64,000 nucleotides of DNA from Caldisericota bacterium (GCA_026390155.1 JAPLGL010000092.1:630-64629); one strand, 5' to 3'. Shown: positions 29,193-39,824, numbered from the stretch's first letter. The notes: a model not told the origin generated them from the sequence alone. A program made the numbers and translations.

Positions 29193-29546
29193 ATGTCCGT
29201 GACGGAACAAGAGAGAATGCACTGTGAACTGACAGCCCATATGTTCAAGGCTATGGCACACCCTGTACGTGTCTTCCTCCTGGATAAGCTCAGCGTCAGG
29301 CCTTGGTGTGTCTGCGAGCTGGCTGCTGAAGCGGGGGTCGACAAGTCCGTAGCGTCCAAGCACCTGTCCATGCTCAGAGAAGCCGGGCTTGTTGAATCTA
29401 CGAGACGTGGTACCCAGATAGAGTACTCGCTGAGTGCGCCATGTGTTCTGGAACTGGCATCATGCGCCGAGGGGACTGTCTTGACAAACAGGAAGAAATC
29501 TCTGGGCATCAACCCGGCTTCCGAAGTCCAGGGTAACGCTCGCTGA
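29193..29546 (+). CDS. arsR: ArsR/SmtB family regulator
   Basis: FKAMAHPVR, CVCEL and SKHLSMLREAGLV. Confidence 0.88.
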   Translation: MSVTEQERMHCELTAHMFKAMAHPVRVFLLDKLSVRPWCVCELAAEAGVDKSVASKHLSMLREAGLVESTRRGTQIEYSLSAPCVLELASCAEGTVLTNRKKSLGINPASEVQGNAR

Positions 29547-29665
29547 CTACCTGTTGCTCTTGCACTGGGACGACAACGGCGCTCCTCCCTCTACGGAAAA
29601 CCCGACAGGCTGCCAACCATCTCACGATGCCGGGCAGCCTGCGTTGCCTCTGTTTCGTCAGCGGA

Positions 29666-30049
29666 TCAGTGTGCCGTTCCGACCCGTACCTTTTCCCCAG
29701 TCAGGAGTTCTCGTATTTTGAGGTAGAACAGCTCATTCGAGATGCCGCCGTAGAATGACCACTTGCCGTTCAGTGCCGTCAGTGGCAGGGCGTATCCGGT
29801 CTCGAAAAGTCGCCGGACTTCGTCGACCATTGGGTCCGTGTCCTTGATAACGTCGATGAACCTCAGTGAGCACTGCTCCTTGATGTCGCTCGCGCCAAGG
29901 GACGTCCTCAGACTGTCGAACATCTCGCCCATTGTCGGCGTTGGCACAGCGCCTGGGCCACACCCGCCCCCGCCACACCCGCACGACGAGGCTGCCGGAG
30001 CCTCGTCCCAAATGCCATAGACCTCGATCTCAACAGTAGTCTCTGCCAT
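29666..30049 (-). CDS. Cys-rich thioredoxin-fold (ArsD/YuzD-like) protein
   Basis: SSCGCGGGGC; LPLTALNG cis-Pro strand; coupled to arsA2. Confidence 0.6.
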   Translation of the reverse strand: MAETTVEIEVYGIWDEAPAASSCGCGGGGCGPGAVPTPTMGEMFDSLRTSLGASDIKEQCSLRFIDVIKDTDPMVDEVRRLFETGYALPLTALNGKWSFYGGISNELFYLKIRELLTGEKVRVGTAH

Positions 30050-30957
30050 TATGCCATCCCTCCAAATACAATTTTGTCCAGCGTGTCAAGCTTGTCGATG
30101 CCACGAATGTCACTATCCATAATGGGAACCATGAGCAGTGCGGCTCCCGCAAAGCGTCGCTTCATGTCGTCCAGGTACCCTAGCTGCAGCTGTCTCCGTT
30201 TCTGGAAGAAGGGCGTCGTCGCCTGTTCCTCGGCAATCAGCAAGTTTGCCACCACGAGCTGCGTTGCCACACCGATTGCAGCCAACTCCTGAGATGCGCG
30301 GTACGCTTCGAGAATCGGCGTACTCTCGGGGTACATGACGAAACTGAACGTCGTCAGCTCGGGATCTCTCATTGCGCTGACTGCATGGTCGAACCGGTCT
30401 TTCTGCTGGCGGTCTCCTGCAGACATCGCTTCGGTGGCACCGGTGGCCTTGAGCCTGATTTGCTCGCTCCAGTCCATGGGAAGCTCGAGCAGCCTCAATG
30501 TGTGCCCCGTCGGCGCTGTATCAAAGACGATGACGTCGAAGCCTGGGGTACTCGACAGGTCAATGAAACGCTGGAACGCTGCCATTTCTTCGGTGCAAGG
30601 CGATGCCAGCTCCTCGGTCATCGTGCGAATCGTGTCCTCGTCGAACTTGGCCCGCGCATCGTGGAGAATACCCTCTTTGTAGTCCTCGGTCGCCTGCTTC
30701 TGATCAATCTTGGCGGCGAACAACCCCGGGACGCCATCGATGGCCTCTACCTGATCCGTCACGTTCTTGCCAAGCACGCTGCCAGTATGTGCCGCGGGGT
30801 CCGTTGTAAGGAGCAGGGTCCGGTACCCTTGTCGGGCCGCGTGTACGGCGGCCAGGCAAGCCATGGTCGTCTTGCCTACGCCGCCCTTGCCCGCAAAGAA
30901 TACCTGTCGAAAAGACCCCTTTGCACTCGGACGCAACAAGCTCTCGATGTCAGTCAT
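30049..30957 (-). CDS. arsA: ArsA-family ATPase, single-NBD subunit 2
   Basis: GKGGVGKTT, TTDPA, SPCTEE and DTAPTGHT. Confidence 0.88.
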   Translation of the reverse strand: MTDIESLLRPSAKGSFRQVFFAGKGGVGKTTMACLAAVHAARQGYRTLLLTTDPAAHTGSVLGKNVTDQVEAIDGVPGLFAAKIDQKQATEDYKEGILHDARAKFDEDTIRTMTEELASPCTEEMAAFQRFIDLSSTPGFDVIVFDTAPTGHTLRLLELPMDWSEQIRLKATGATEAMSAGDRQQKDRFDHAVSAMRDPELTTFSFVMYPESTPILEAYRASQELAAIGVATQLVVANLLIAEEQATTPFFQKRRQLQLGYLDDMKRRFAGAALLMVPIMDSDIRGIDKLDTLDKIVFGGMA

Positions 30958-31837
30958 TGCTCGTCCCTCCCTGAAACAGCATCGGCGCGACCTTGCGGAA
31001 CATCGCCAGCCCTTTGATCTCACTGTCGAGCAGTTCCATCGTCTGCACAGGGGTACCCGCATACAACTGCTTGGCACGCGCCAGATATGTCAGCTGCATA
31101 TCACGTCGTTTCCGGAAGAAGGGATTCACCGTCTCAGCCTCAGGGACAAGTCCGTTTACAATGATGCTCGAGGTCGCTACGCCCAAAGTTGCCAGCTCCG
31201 TAACCGAACGTGACGTCTCCTCAAGGGATGTCTGCTCTGCCTGCATCACAAAGATGAACTTCGTCCGGCTTGTGTCTCGGAGCCGGGCTATCGCGTCATC
31301 GTACTTCTTCTTGCTCTCCTGAATCAGGGCGACGGGTCCCATACATGTCTGGCCACTCCCTTGCGCGCTGTCCCTGATGTGCTTGCTCCACTCGATCGGA
31401 AGCTCCAGAAGCCGCAGCGTATGACCCGTCGGCGCCGTGTCAAAGATGATAACATCCCAATTCTCGTCCTCCATGAAATCGGTGAACTTGTCGAATGAGG
31501 CCATCTCCTCCGTGCACGGACCGCTCAATTGCTCTTCAACGACCGTCAGCATCTCTGCATCAAAGAGACCACGCATGGGAGCCAGTGACCGCTCCTTGTA
31601 CTCGCGGGTGGCCTCGTCCGGGTCGATCTCCATGGCCCAGAGATTCGGGACGCCGGTGATAGGCGTCACATGGTGGCCTATGGCCTGCTCAAACACGTCA
31701 GCCAGGTTCGATGCCGGGTCGGTCGTGACAATAAGCGTCTTCTTGCCCTGGTCTGCGTGGTAGACGGCTGTCGTGGAAGCCATTGAGGTCTTGCCGACGC
31801 CCCCCTTGCCTGAGAAGAAAATGTACTCTGGATTCAT
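30950..31837 (-). CDS. arsA: ArsA-family ATPase, single-NBD subunit 1
   Basis: GKGGVGKTS, TDPASNL, GPCTEE, DTAPTGHT and TCMGP. Confidence 0.88.
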   Translation of the reverse strand: MNPEYIFFSGKGGVGKTSMASTTAVYHADQGKKTLIVTTDPASNLADVFEQAIGHHVTPITGVPNLWAMEIDPDEATREYKERSLAPMRGLFDAEMLTVVEEQLSGPCTEEMASFDKFTDFMEDENWDVIIFDTAPTGHTLRLLELPIEWSKHIRDSAQGSGQTCMGPVALIQESKKKYDDAIARLRDTSRTKFIFVMQAEQTSLEETSRSVTELATLGVATSSIIVNGLVPEAETVNPFFRKRRDMQLTYLARAKQLYAGTPVQTMELLDSEIKGLAMFRKVAPMLFQGGTSND

Positions 31838-32148
31838 GCGTTCCCTCCGTCCAGCGCAGCTCTCATCTCGCTGTAGGATGGGTAGTCCGTGGTCTTGACA
31901 ACCTTGCTGTCGACAGTGGTCACCGGAAGGATCTTCTTGCCGTTGCCAGTGACGAGCTTATAGACTTCGGCATTGTCGCGGAACTTGAACGGCTGCTGAT
32001 TGATCGCATACCGTTCGACGATCATGCCGGGCTCTTCCCCCTGAAGACGTTTCAGGTCCTCATTGAGCCGAACGAGACGTTCATCGACAGACGGTCCACA
32101 CAGCCCCGTCGTACAACACATGGGTGGTTCAAAGAACTCGATTTTCAA
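31834..32148 (-). CDS. arsD: Arsenite metallochaperone ArsD
   Basis: FEPPMCCTTGLCGPSVD; AAGGAGG before TTG. Confidence 0.9.
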   Translation of the reverse strand: MKIEFFEPPMCCTTGLCGPSVDERLVRLNEDLKRLQGEEPGMIVERYAINQQPFKFRDNAEVYKLVTGNGKKILPVTTVDSKVVKTTDYPSYSEMRAALDGGNA

Positions 32149-32173
32149 CGTAACCTCCTTGAGGATAGAAGTT

Positions 32174-32596
32174 CTACTTGTCTGGATTGGACTTTCGAGA
32201 GTGCTGCCCTGCCCGACGCAATGCAACAGACATTTTCTTGGAGCCGACACTACAGGCGAACGGGGGAACGTCTGTCAGGCGGTTCCGGTCATCGGGGAAC
32301 TGAGCATGAACCTGGTCCGTGAGAAGAGACATGAACTTGAGGATCTCAGGAGGCAGATCATCGCGAATTGCATACAGCGTCCAGTAGCTACGCTTGGAGC
32401 TCTTCAGGAGTCCCGCCTCAAAGAGAACGCTCAGATGATCTGAGACGGTCGCCTGCGACAGACTCAAGGCAACCCTCAGCTCACACACACATAGAGCGCG
32501 TACACCGAGGCTACCAACGATTCGTGCTCTAGTCTGATCCCCCAGTGCTCTTGCAACCGAGATCCTGTCGATCGTCCCTGTACTAGTCATCTGCAT
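32174..32596 (-). CDS. arsR: ArsR family As(III)-responsive repressor
   Basis: ALGDQTR, LCVCEL and SQATVSDHL. Confidence 0.88.
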   Translation of the reverse strand: MQMTSTGTIDRISVARALGDQTRARIVGSLGVRALCVCELRVALSLSQATVSDHLSVLFEAGLLKSSKRSYWTLYAIRDDLPPEILKFMSLLTDQVHAQFPDDRNRLTDVPPFACSVGSKKMSVALRRAGQHSRKSNPDK

Positions 32597-32608
32597 CGAC
32601 ATCCTCCG

Positions 32609-32659
32609 ATTATATCGCAAAATACCGATATAATATATGTCGATCTGTGGACGTGTCAA
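32609..32659 (-). promoter_or_regulatory. arsRDA promoter and operator
   Basis: Perfect inverted repeat attatatcg-N8-cgatataat (32609-34); TTGACA on minus at 32654-59. Confidence 0.75.
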
Positions 32660-32879
32660 GAACGATTCTTCATCCTTGCTCAGTAGCCACAGAGGCTGTG
32701 TGGCGCATGCCCTTCTGAATGGGTGTTGGTCCAATTCAAGACGGCTCTGTCTGCTGAGCTTCGAGAGCCCCGTGAGCAACTGGCTCCGCTAGAAAGCCCA
32801 TAGGTCCACGACGGGCAGGTCAGTGCTGCGTGCCGAAGAATGGGTCGGCTTCCCCCACCAGTCTTTGCGTCTATGCGCT

Positions 32880-34562
32880 TTACGGCATGTACGAGATACC
32901 CACTGCGCGGGTCAGCGCATTCCAGGACACGTCTGCCCCCAGCGTCTCGGAGATAACGCGCAAGGGAACGAAGGTGCGTCCGGAGACAATGACGGGGGTG
33001 GCATCCAGCGTCACCATCTTGCCGTTTGCTGTTGCCTTCTTTGAACCGACAGTCATGATCATCCGCAAGGGCTTGTGGTTAACTGTCGCTTGTGTCTCAA
33101 CAAACACCCGGCGTGTGGGCGCATCCCACGTAACGATGGCGCCAAACGCCTCGCCAATGAAGCGCATCGGGACCATCGTGCGACCGCTGGCTTTGTCAAT
33201 GAACACGGCTGCATCCAGCGTGAAAACTTCCTGGCCTACTGTGGCTGCCACGTTCCCCACTATCAGTGTCATGCGCACCGGAGCGGCGTCCGCCACGCTG
33301 AAGCGCAGCGCCAGCGTCTGACTTCCCCCGCTCGTCACGATCTTGAGAAGGCTCTGGTGGGGGCCCTTGCCCAGGCTGTCGCCTTCGATGCGGACAGTCG
33401 CCGTCACATTGCCCGTACCGCTCTGTGGCATGACCTGGATGTAGCCCGGAACGTTCTCCATGTGCCAATCAAGAGTCCCCGCGCCCAGATTGGTGACGGA
33501 GAATGTCGTCGAACGCGCCTGGTTCGCCGGGATGCTCTCAAGATCCAGTGTTGATGGCGATACGGCGGCAATCGGCACACTGAGGTCGGCGCGCACCACA
33601 GTCCCCGTGGACCCGCCAATCAGCAGGCTCACCCCTGTACTGTACATGGTCGATACTGACGTGATGCCAGCTCCCTGGGCAACGTCGCGCCATGCCTTCG
33701 CTGCACCGTCCCAGCGAAGGACTCCACGGTCAGCAATGCCCGCCAGGAGAGTACCTGAGGGTAGTGAAACCAACGACGCTACTGAACCAGGACTGGGCAA
33801 AACGGTCCAGTGACTGCCTTCGTCGGTCGTCATGGCAACCGCAGTGTCTCCTGCAGCGAATAGCGTTCTGGTCGGTCCGCTCCACGCGAGTGAGGACACT
33901 CCCTTTATGGGACAGGCAGTCTTGGCATAGGAGGTGCCGTTGTCGGCCGAGACATACACCCCTGCATCCTGCGATGATACCGCTATGCAGTCACCATCCA
34001 TGCGGATGACGTCGGTGAGAGCAAGTGACGTGATACCTGCATAGTCGGACTTCCACGTGGCTCCGCGATCATTTGAATAGTGTAGACCCGAGCACGGCGA
34101 GGCAAGGAACAGTCTGTTCGGATCGCGAGAATCTTGAAGGACGCTGGCGACACGCGAGCAATTGAGTGTCGTGACTCTCTCGAAGGATGTCCCTGCGCCT
34201 TTGGACAGCCACAGGCCATCTCCATCGGTGCCAACGAGCCACCGGTCGGCGGCGAGGACAGTGATGCTCGTGACCTTCATCAGGCCCGCTCGGGTGGGCA
34301 GCTTCTGGAAGACCGTCGACGCACCCGACATGCCGTACATGGCCCCATCCTGCGTTGCCACGATCAAGACCGGCAGCGTACCATCAAGCGCGCCAACAAC
34401 AGTCACTGCGGCAGAGAAGGTCTTCAACACGACGAACCCGCCACCCGATGTCGTTTCGGATGCTCTGGCAGCCACCGCTGAGATGGCAGTGCAGGCTGGG
34501 TCCAGAATCAGTACTGCCAGGAGAAGGATGGCAACACACAGGACTCTTCGACGGTTCATCAC
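32880..34562 (-). CDS. Secreted protein: BNR/Asp-box beta-propeller, Ig/BACON-like domain, copper-amine-oxidase N-terminal (stalk) domains
   Basis: S.D.G.TW Asp-boxes; RTMVPMRFIGEAFGA and RTFVPLRVISETLGA repeats. Confidence 0.8.
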   Translation of the reverse strand: MMNRRRVLCVAILLLAVLILDPACTAISAVAARASETTSGGGFVVLKTFSAAVTVVGALDGTLPVLIVATQDGAMYGMSGASTVFQKLPTRAGLMKVTSITVLAADRWLVGTDGDGLWLSKGAGTSFERVTTLNCSRVASVLQDSRDPNRLFLASPCSGLHYSNDRGATWKSDYAGITSLALTDVIRMDGDCIAVSSQDAGVYVSADNGTSYAKTACPIKGVSSLAWSGPTRTLFAAGDTAVAMTTDEGSHWTVLPSPGSVASLVSLPSGTLLAGIADRGVLRWDGAAKAWRDVAQGAGITSVSTMYSTGVSLLIGGSTGTVVRADLSVPIAAVSPSTLDLESIPANQARSTTFSVTNLGAGTLDWHMENVPGYIQVMPQSGTGNVTATVRIEGDSLGKGPHQSLLKIVTSGGSQTLALRFSVADAAPVRMTLIVGNVAATVGQEVFTLDAAVFIDKASGRTMVPMRFIGEAFGAIVTWDAPTRRVFVETQATVNHKPLRMIMTVGSKKATANGKMVTLDATPVIVSGRTFVPLRVISETLGADVSWNALTRAVGISYMP

Positions 34563-35062
34563 TGGGACTCCTTCGGAGTCATCTCCAAAGGACTTCGGTG
34601 ACTCCGTACAGTGACGACGGCTGGTATCCGGGGAGTCAAGACGTCAACAACCGGGGTGACACGTCTCCAGACTGCAACTGGGCGACGCTTGGATAGAGAT
34701 TGTATGGTGTCTTTCATCTGTGGCTTCTGTTCACTCCTTTGCAAAACGGAACGGATGAGACGGCTTCAGGTGACTGCCGAATCTATGATACATTGTGCTT
34801 CGCTTGTGCGCACAATTCTGAAGCTGACTTCACGCTTTCTGCACCTACACAGCGTCGCAACTTCCACTACTGTACTGCCAACCAGGAGCACACAGATATC
34901 CGAGTACTTGTGCTGTTCCGGAAATGGGTGATACTTGTTCCAGCGCCACATTGAGCCCTGAGTCTGACCGACAACGGGCTTCACGTTTGAGCGAGAACGG
35001 CTGGTCAAGTCCATCGTCCTGGTTGCGTCGCTTCCTGAGGCACGAGAAGGGAGGTAGAGAGA

Positions 35063-35434
35063 ATGCGCAACTCAAGTGCTCGGTTCAGATTCATCTGGAT
35101 TCCCAGGGCTCTCATGATCCTATTCATCCTGTTCCTGACAATGTTCTCGCTGGACGTCTTCGAGATGGAAGGTACCCTCCTTGCCAAGTTGGGAGGATTC
35201 GTCATGCATTCGATTCCATCACTTGTTCTGGTAGCCGTCCTGTTGGTTGCATGGAGAAATCCGCTTGTGGGCGGAGTACTGACCCTCATCGCTGCCGTTG
35301 CGTTCATGCTGCGCTTTCACATTTGGAGTGGCATGACGTTTGCGACCATCATCCTGCCAGTAGTCGTCGTCGGTGCACTCTTCATCGCAGGCCATTTTGT
35401 GGGCAGGAAGCAGTTTGCGCGTCCTCCCTCGTAG
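35063..35434 (+). CDS. Small membrane hypothetical protein
   Basis: GGAGG RBS; about 4 TM helices. Confidence 0.7.
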   Translation: MRNSSARFRFIWIPRALMILFILFLTMFSLDVFEMEGTLLAKLGGFVMHSIPSLVLVAVLLVAWRNPLVGGVLTLIAAVAFMLRFHIWSGMTFATIILPVVVVGALFIAGHFVGRKQFARPPS

Positions 35435-35535
35435 GAGCGGCAAATCAGAACAGCTGTTGTTCGGTGGGCGCGATGACCCCATCGTGCAGGCCAGGTATCA
35501 GGTCGCGGAGTTGGTGGTTCTGCTAGGCCAGACTG

Positions 35536-36378
35536 TCACTTCGATGACGAGGTGCTCGCGAAGATCCGAAGTCGACTGAAGAACAAATCCGTCTGTTCCA
35601 AGTAGACGGAATGGCCACATTCCGGTACTGCCTCGAAGGTTGCTCCCAAGGCCAGGGCTGCTGCCTCCTGAAACCACGGAGGGATGAGCCGGTCCTGCGC
35701 TCCAGCAAGTACAGCTATAGGCAAGTGCGTCCCCATGTGCTGATTCCGTCGCTCCTCGACCTCAAGAAGCCAATCGCGCTGGGCACTCATGAGGCGCATG
35801 AGCCGATAGACCTTGTCCTTGAAACCCAGCATGTGATGCTTGGCCGCCTCAACAGCTTCCTCGTGCGTGCGGACGTACTTCTCGCTGAACATCTTCTCGT
35901 ACAGATACTCAGGATAGATATCAAAGGGCAATTCACGGTACCACCGCAGTGAAAGGTCAAGGTACATCTCGAACAGGCGCACTCGCTCCAGCAGAACACC
36001 TGACAGGAACAACCCCCTTATCCTCTCGGGATGGAGACGCAACATTTCCAGGGCCACGAACCCGCCATACGATGCGCCCACCAGCCAGGCCTGGTCAACC
36101 GAGTTGACCTCGAGAATGGCATCGAGAGCATCTGTGAACGGTTCCAGGCTGTACGGAACATCAGGTGCCTCCGACTTGCCCTGGCCCAGATAGTCATAGA
36201 GCACCACGTCGAAATCATTCTGAACATATGGCATGTACTTGTTCCATGATGCGGTACTGGATGCCATACCATTCAGCAAGACAAGCACAGGCCTGCCGGT
36301 AATGCCACGTCGTTCCCAGTAGTACTGATATCCTCCCACCTGGACATTGCCACTGGTTACTTCCAACGCACCTTCCAT
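35536..36378 (-). CDS. Alpha/beta hydrolase
   Basis: DYLGQGKS, GASYGG nucleophile, GAQD and GH. Confidence 0.85.
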   Translation of the reverse strand: MEGALEVTSGNVQVGGYQYYWERRGITGRPVLVLLNGMASSTASWNKYMPYVQNDFDVVLYDYLGQGKSEAPDVPYSLEPFTDALDAILEVNSVDQAWLVGASYGGFVALEMLRLHPERIRGLFLSGVLLERVRLFEMYLDLSLRWYRELPFDIYPEYLYEKMFSEKYVRTHEEAVEAAKHHMLGFKDKVYRLMRLMSAQRDWLLEVEERRNQHMGTHLPIAVLAGAQDRLIPPWFQEAAALALGATFEAVPECGHSVYLEQTDLFFSRLRIFASTSSSK

Positions 36379-36440
36379 CTCTGCGCCTCCCTTGTTGATG
36401 GGTTCTGTCCTGTCTATAGGTACCCCTGCATTGCGCCCGA

Positions 36441-38798
36441 TCAGAAAGCTTGCTGCTCAGTACGCGCGATGATCTCCTCCTGCAGGCCGGACGTTAGGTC
36501 GCAGAAGTAGTCGCTGTAGCCGGCTACTCGCACGATGAGGTCGCGGTACTTGTCCGGCTCGGCCTGCGCCGCACGCAGCGTCGCGGCCGTGACGACGTTA
36601 AACTGGATGTGGTGGCCTCCGAGAGTGAAATACGAGCGGATCAGATGCGCCAGCGCGTTCAGTCCCACCTCGCCTTCCACCAGTGACGGCGAAAACTTCT
36701 GGTTGAGGAGGGTGCCGCCGGTGCGCACATGGTCCGTGCGAGCCGCCGACTGGATGACGGCGGTCGGGCCCTTCCGGTCAGCTCCCTGGACCGGCGATAT
36801 GCCGTCCGAGAGTGGCTGCCACGCCCGGCGACCGTCCGGCATGGCACCTGTCACCGACCCAAAGTAGACATGAACCGTAGTCGACAGATAGTTCACATGA
36901 TATGTCCCGCCCTTGGTGTTGGGACGACCGTCGATCGCATCAAACACGACGTCAAACAGCTGCGCCAGGATGTCGTCAGCGGCAGCGTCATTGTTCCCAT
37001 ACTTGGGCGATCGGTTCCAGAGCAGCAAGCGCGTCTTCTCATGATCCACAAAGTCGGCGTCGACGGCTGCCAGGACCTCGCCCATCGGCAAGTCCTTCTG
37101 GTCGAAGACATGCGCCTTGAGCGCCGACAAACTGTCAGTGCAGCTCGCGGGCGCCGTGATCTGGATGTAGGTCGAGTTGTACCGAGGGCCACCGTCGTTG
37201 TAGTCGCGTCCCCGTGCAATGCAGTCCTCCACGAAGAGCGACAGGAACGGCGCCGGCATCTGGTCGGCATACAGCCGCTCGATGACGTTGTTGCCACGCA
37301 CCTTGATGTCCACGAAGTGATGCAGCTGCACCCCGAATGCTTCAAACAACTCGCCATAGCTGGCAAATGACCGCGGATCCCCCGTGTGCAGACCGATGAC
37401 TTCGCCGCTTCGCGGATCCAGACCGTCATGCAGGGTCACTTCGAGGATCTTGGGCAGGTTCAGGTAGCCGGTGAGGATGTACGCCTCGCGGCCGAACGCA
37501 CCGGTCTCGACACAGCCGGATGTCCCGCCCATGCGGGCATCGACAACGGATTTTCCCTGGCGGAGGAGTTCCTCGACGACCATGTCGGCATTGAAGACGG
37601 AGGGCTGGCCCCAGCCTTCGCGGATGACCTCCGCGGCACGCTTGAGGAAGCGGTCCGGGCTCTTGCGGCTGAGCTGGATATTCGAGGACGGCTGCAGCAG
37701 GTGCATGTCGTCGATGACATCGAGCAGGAGATAGCTGACGTCATTGACCCCGTCGGAGCCGTCAGGACGCAACCCGCCCACGTTGATGTTGGCAAAATCC
37801 GTGTATGTGCTGCTTTCGGCAGCTGTCACTCCCACCTTGGGAGGTGCCGGCTGATTGTTGAACTTGATCCAGAAGCACTCCAGGAGTTCCACGGCTGACT
37901 CGCGCGTCAACGTGCCATCGGCAAGCCCCTTCATGTAGAACGGCTCCAGGTGCTGGTCGAGGCGACCGGGACAGAACGAATCCCAGGTGTTGAGCTCGGT
38001 CACGACACCCAGGTGAACGAACCAGTATGCCTGCAGTGCCTCGTGGAATGTGCGCGGAGCATGTGCAGGCACCCAGGAGCAGACCTCGGCAATATGCAGA
38101 AGTTCCGCTTTCCGCACGGGGTCCGTCTCCGCGTCGGCCGTAGACCGAGCCAGGGCGGCATTGCGCTCGGCATAGCCCATCATGGCGTCAGCGGCGATGG
38201 CCATGGCCCGCAGCTCCTCGCGGCGCGCGGTTGCCTGCGGGTCGTTCAGGAAGTCAAGGCCCGCAACGGCTTCTTCCACCTCTTCCTTCAGGTCCAGCAG
38301 ACCCTTGTGATAGATGACGTCGCCCAGGACCGTATGGCCTGGCGCGCGCTGCTCCATGAACTCGGTGAATACACCAGCTTCATAGGCCTCCTTCCACGCG
38401 GGTTCCATCAGCGCAAACATGCGGTCACGCATGGACCGGCCGTTCCACGCAGGGATGACCTCCTCCTGCTGGATGCGGCGACCCTCGTCGTCCACCTTGT
38501 AGGAGACCTTCTCCCGCGTGTCGAGGACGGCAAGGTCCTGCATGCTGTGACAGCACAGCTCAGGAAAGGACGGCACGGCCTTTGGATCAGGACCGCGCTC
38601 GCCTACGATCAGTTCGCCGGGCCCGATGAACAGCTGCTTGTGTTCAAGAATGTACTGCAGGAGGCGTGCGCGGTAGACAGGCACCGACAATCCCCGTGCC
38701 TGCCGATCGAATGCCGTCACCAGATGCGCTCGCTCCAGGGACAGCCGGGGTACTGCGTCAAGACTCTCCTGGCGCAGACGTGCAACGCGCTCGTTCAT
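36441..38798 (-). CDS. hypD: Glycyl radical enzyme, trans-4-hydroxy-L-proline dehydratase
   Basis: EFMEQRAPGH, ESSTYTDFA, TSGCVE Cys loop and RVAGYS glycyl motif. Confidence 0.88.
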   Translation of the reverse strand: MNERVARLRQESLDAVPRLSLERAHLVTAFDRQARGLSVPVYRARLLQYILEHKQLFIGPGELIVGERGPDPKAVPSFPELCCHSMQDLAVLDTREKVSYKVDDEGRRIQQEEVIPAWNGRSMRDRMFALMEPAWKEAYEAGVFTEFMEQRAPGHTVLGDVIYHKGLLDLKEEVEEAVAGLDFLNDPQATARREELRAMAIAADAMMGYAERNAALARSTADAETDPVRKAELLHIAEVCSWVPAHAPRTFHEALQAYWFVHLGVVTELNTWDSFCPGRLDQHLEPFYMKGLADGTLTRESAVELLECFWIKFNNQPAPPKVGVTAAESSTYTDFANINVGGLRPDGSDGVNDVSYLLLDVIDDMHLLQPSSNIQLSRKSPDRFLKRAAEVIREGWGQPSVFNADMVVEELLRQGKSVVDARMGGTSGCVETGAFGREAYILTGYLNLPKILEVTLHDGLDPRSGEVIGLHTGDPRSFASYGELFEAFGVQLHHFVDIKVRGNNVIERLYADQMPAPFLSLFVEDCIARGRDYNDGGPRYNSTYIQITAPASCTDSLSALKAHVFDQKDLPMGEVLAAVDADFVDHEKTRLLLWNRSPKYGNNDAAADDILAQLFDVVFDAIDGRPNTKGGTYHVNYLSTTVHVYFGSVTGAMPDGRRAWQPLSDGISPVQGADRKGPTAVIQSAARTDHVRTGGTLLNQKFSPSLVEGEVGLNALAHLIRSYFTLGGHHIQFNVVTAATLRAAQAEPDKYRDLIVRVAGYSDYFCDLTSGLQEEIIARTEQQAF

Positions 38799-38799
38799 G

Positions 38800-39696
38800 T
38801 CAACCTCCCACTCTCGCTTCGATGCCGGCGTCTGCGAATATGCGTCGGATGCTTTCCATCACTTCTGCTGAAGGAGGCTGAAGTTCGGCCATCTCGTACA
38901 GCCTTCCAAGCCTCCGATACTTGTCCGTTCCGATGCGGTGATACGGCAGCAGGTCGATCTCGCGGAGCCCGAGCTGACGCATCACTGCAACCATCAGGTC
39001 GACGTTGCCCCTGTCGTCGTTGACGCCGGGAATCACAGGGAATCGTATGACGACGTGGGCATGAACCATCGCCAGCGCTGCGAGATTCGCAAGAATTGCC
39101 TCGTTTCCCACGCCTGTCGCTTCTCCGTGCCGTGCCTGGTCCATGAGCTTGACGTCGTACAGAAACAGGTCGATCTTGTCCGCCACATCCAGCAGTTCCC
39201 TCTGATCAGTCATCCCACAGGTCTCGACCGCAGTGGAAATGCCCTCGTCCCGGCAGGCCTCGAGCAGGCTTTGCAGAAATGCCGGCTGCATGAAGGGTTC
39301 GCCACCGGAGAACGTGACACCACCACCCGACTCCTCGAAGAAAACGCGGTCTCGAACGAGCTCGCTCACCACCTCTGCCACCGTCATGATCCTGCCCGCA
39401 ATCGTCCTTGCCCCTGCGAGACAGGCGTCGATACACTGTCCACATGCAGTACACGCATCGGTTGCCCTTGGTACTCCCTCCACCAGGACTGCCGCACCAA
39501 TAGGGCATGCCGTCAGGCAATCCCCGCAACCGGTGCACCGCTCAGCCGTGATCATGAGTTCGGGGCCAACGTTCTGGCTCTCGGGGTTGTGGCACCACTG
39601 ACACGCCATTGGACAACCTTTGAGGAACACGACCGTGCGGATCCCCGGCCCGTCATGCAAAGCGTAGTGCATGATGTTGAACACCATGCCACTCAT
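38800..39696 (-). CDS. Glycyl-radical enzyme activating protein (radical SAM with ferredoxin insert)
   Basis: HDGPGIRT, GCPMACQWCHNPE and SGGEP. Confidence 0.9.
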   Translation of the reverse strand: MSGMVFNIMHYALHDGPGIRTVVFLKGCPMACQWCHNPESQNVGPELMITAERCTGCGDCLTACPIGAAVLVEGVPRATDACTACGQCIDACLAGARTIAGRIMTVAEVVSELVRDRVFFEESGGGVTFSGGEPFMQPAFLQSLLEACRDEGISTAVETCGMTDQRELLDVADKIDLFLYDVKLMDQARHGEATGVGNEAILANLAALAMVHAHVVIRFPVIPGVNDDRGNVDLMVAVMRQLGLREIDLLPYHRIGTDKYRRLGRLYEMAELQPPSAEVMESIRRIFADAGIEARVGG

Positions 39697-39824
39697 AGGC
39701 ATGCTCCACGTGGCCTTGTCATGCATGATGCCGCTTGTCGCTGTACCATGCAGTCATTCTAGCACAACAAGCGGCAAGGTCATGTTGTCCAACTGTAGTC
39801 ACACGACAACTATGGAATCTACCT

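Noticed and set aside
18980-32148. Selenoproteins among the redox and arsenic genes
   Set aside because: All motifs inspected use Cys codons; no in-frame TGA was seen at motif positions.
34600-35050. ORFs or a riboswitch upstream of the surface protein
   Set aside because: Short overlapping ORFs without motifs; no recognisable aptamer.
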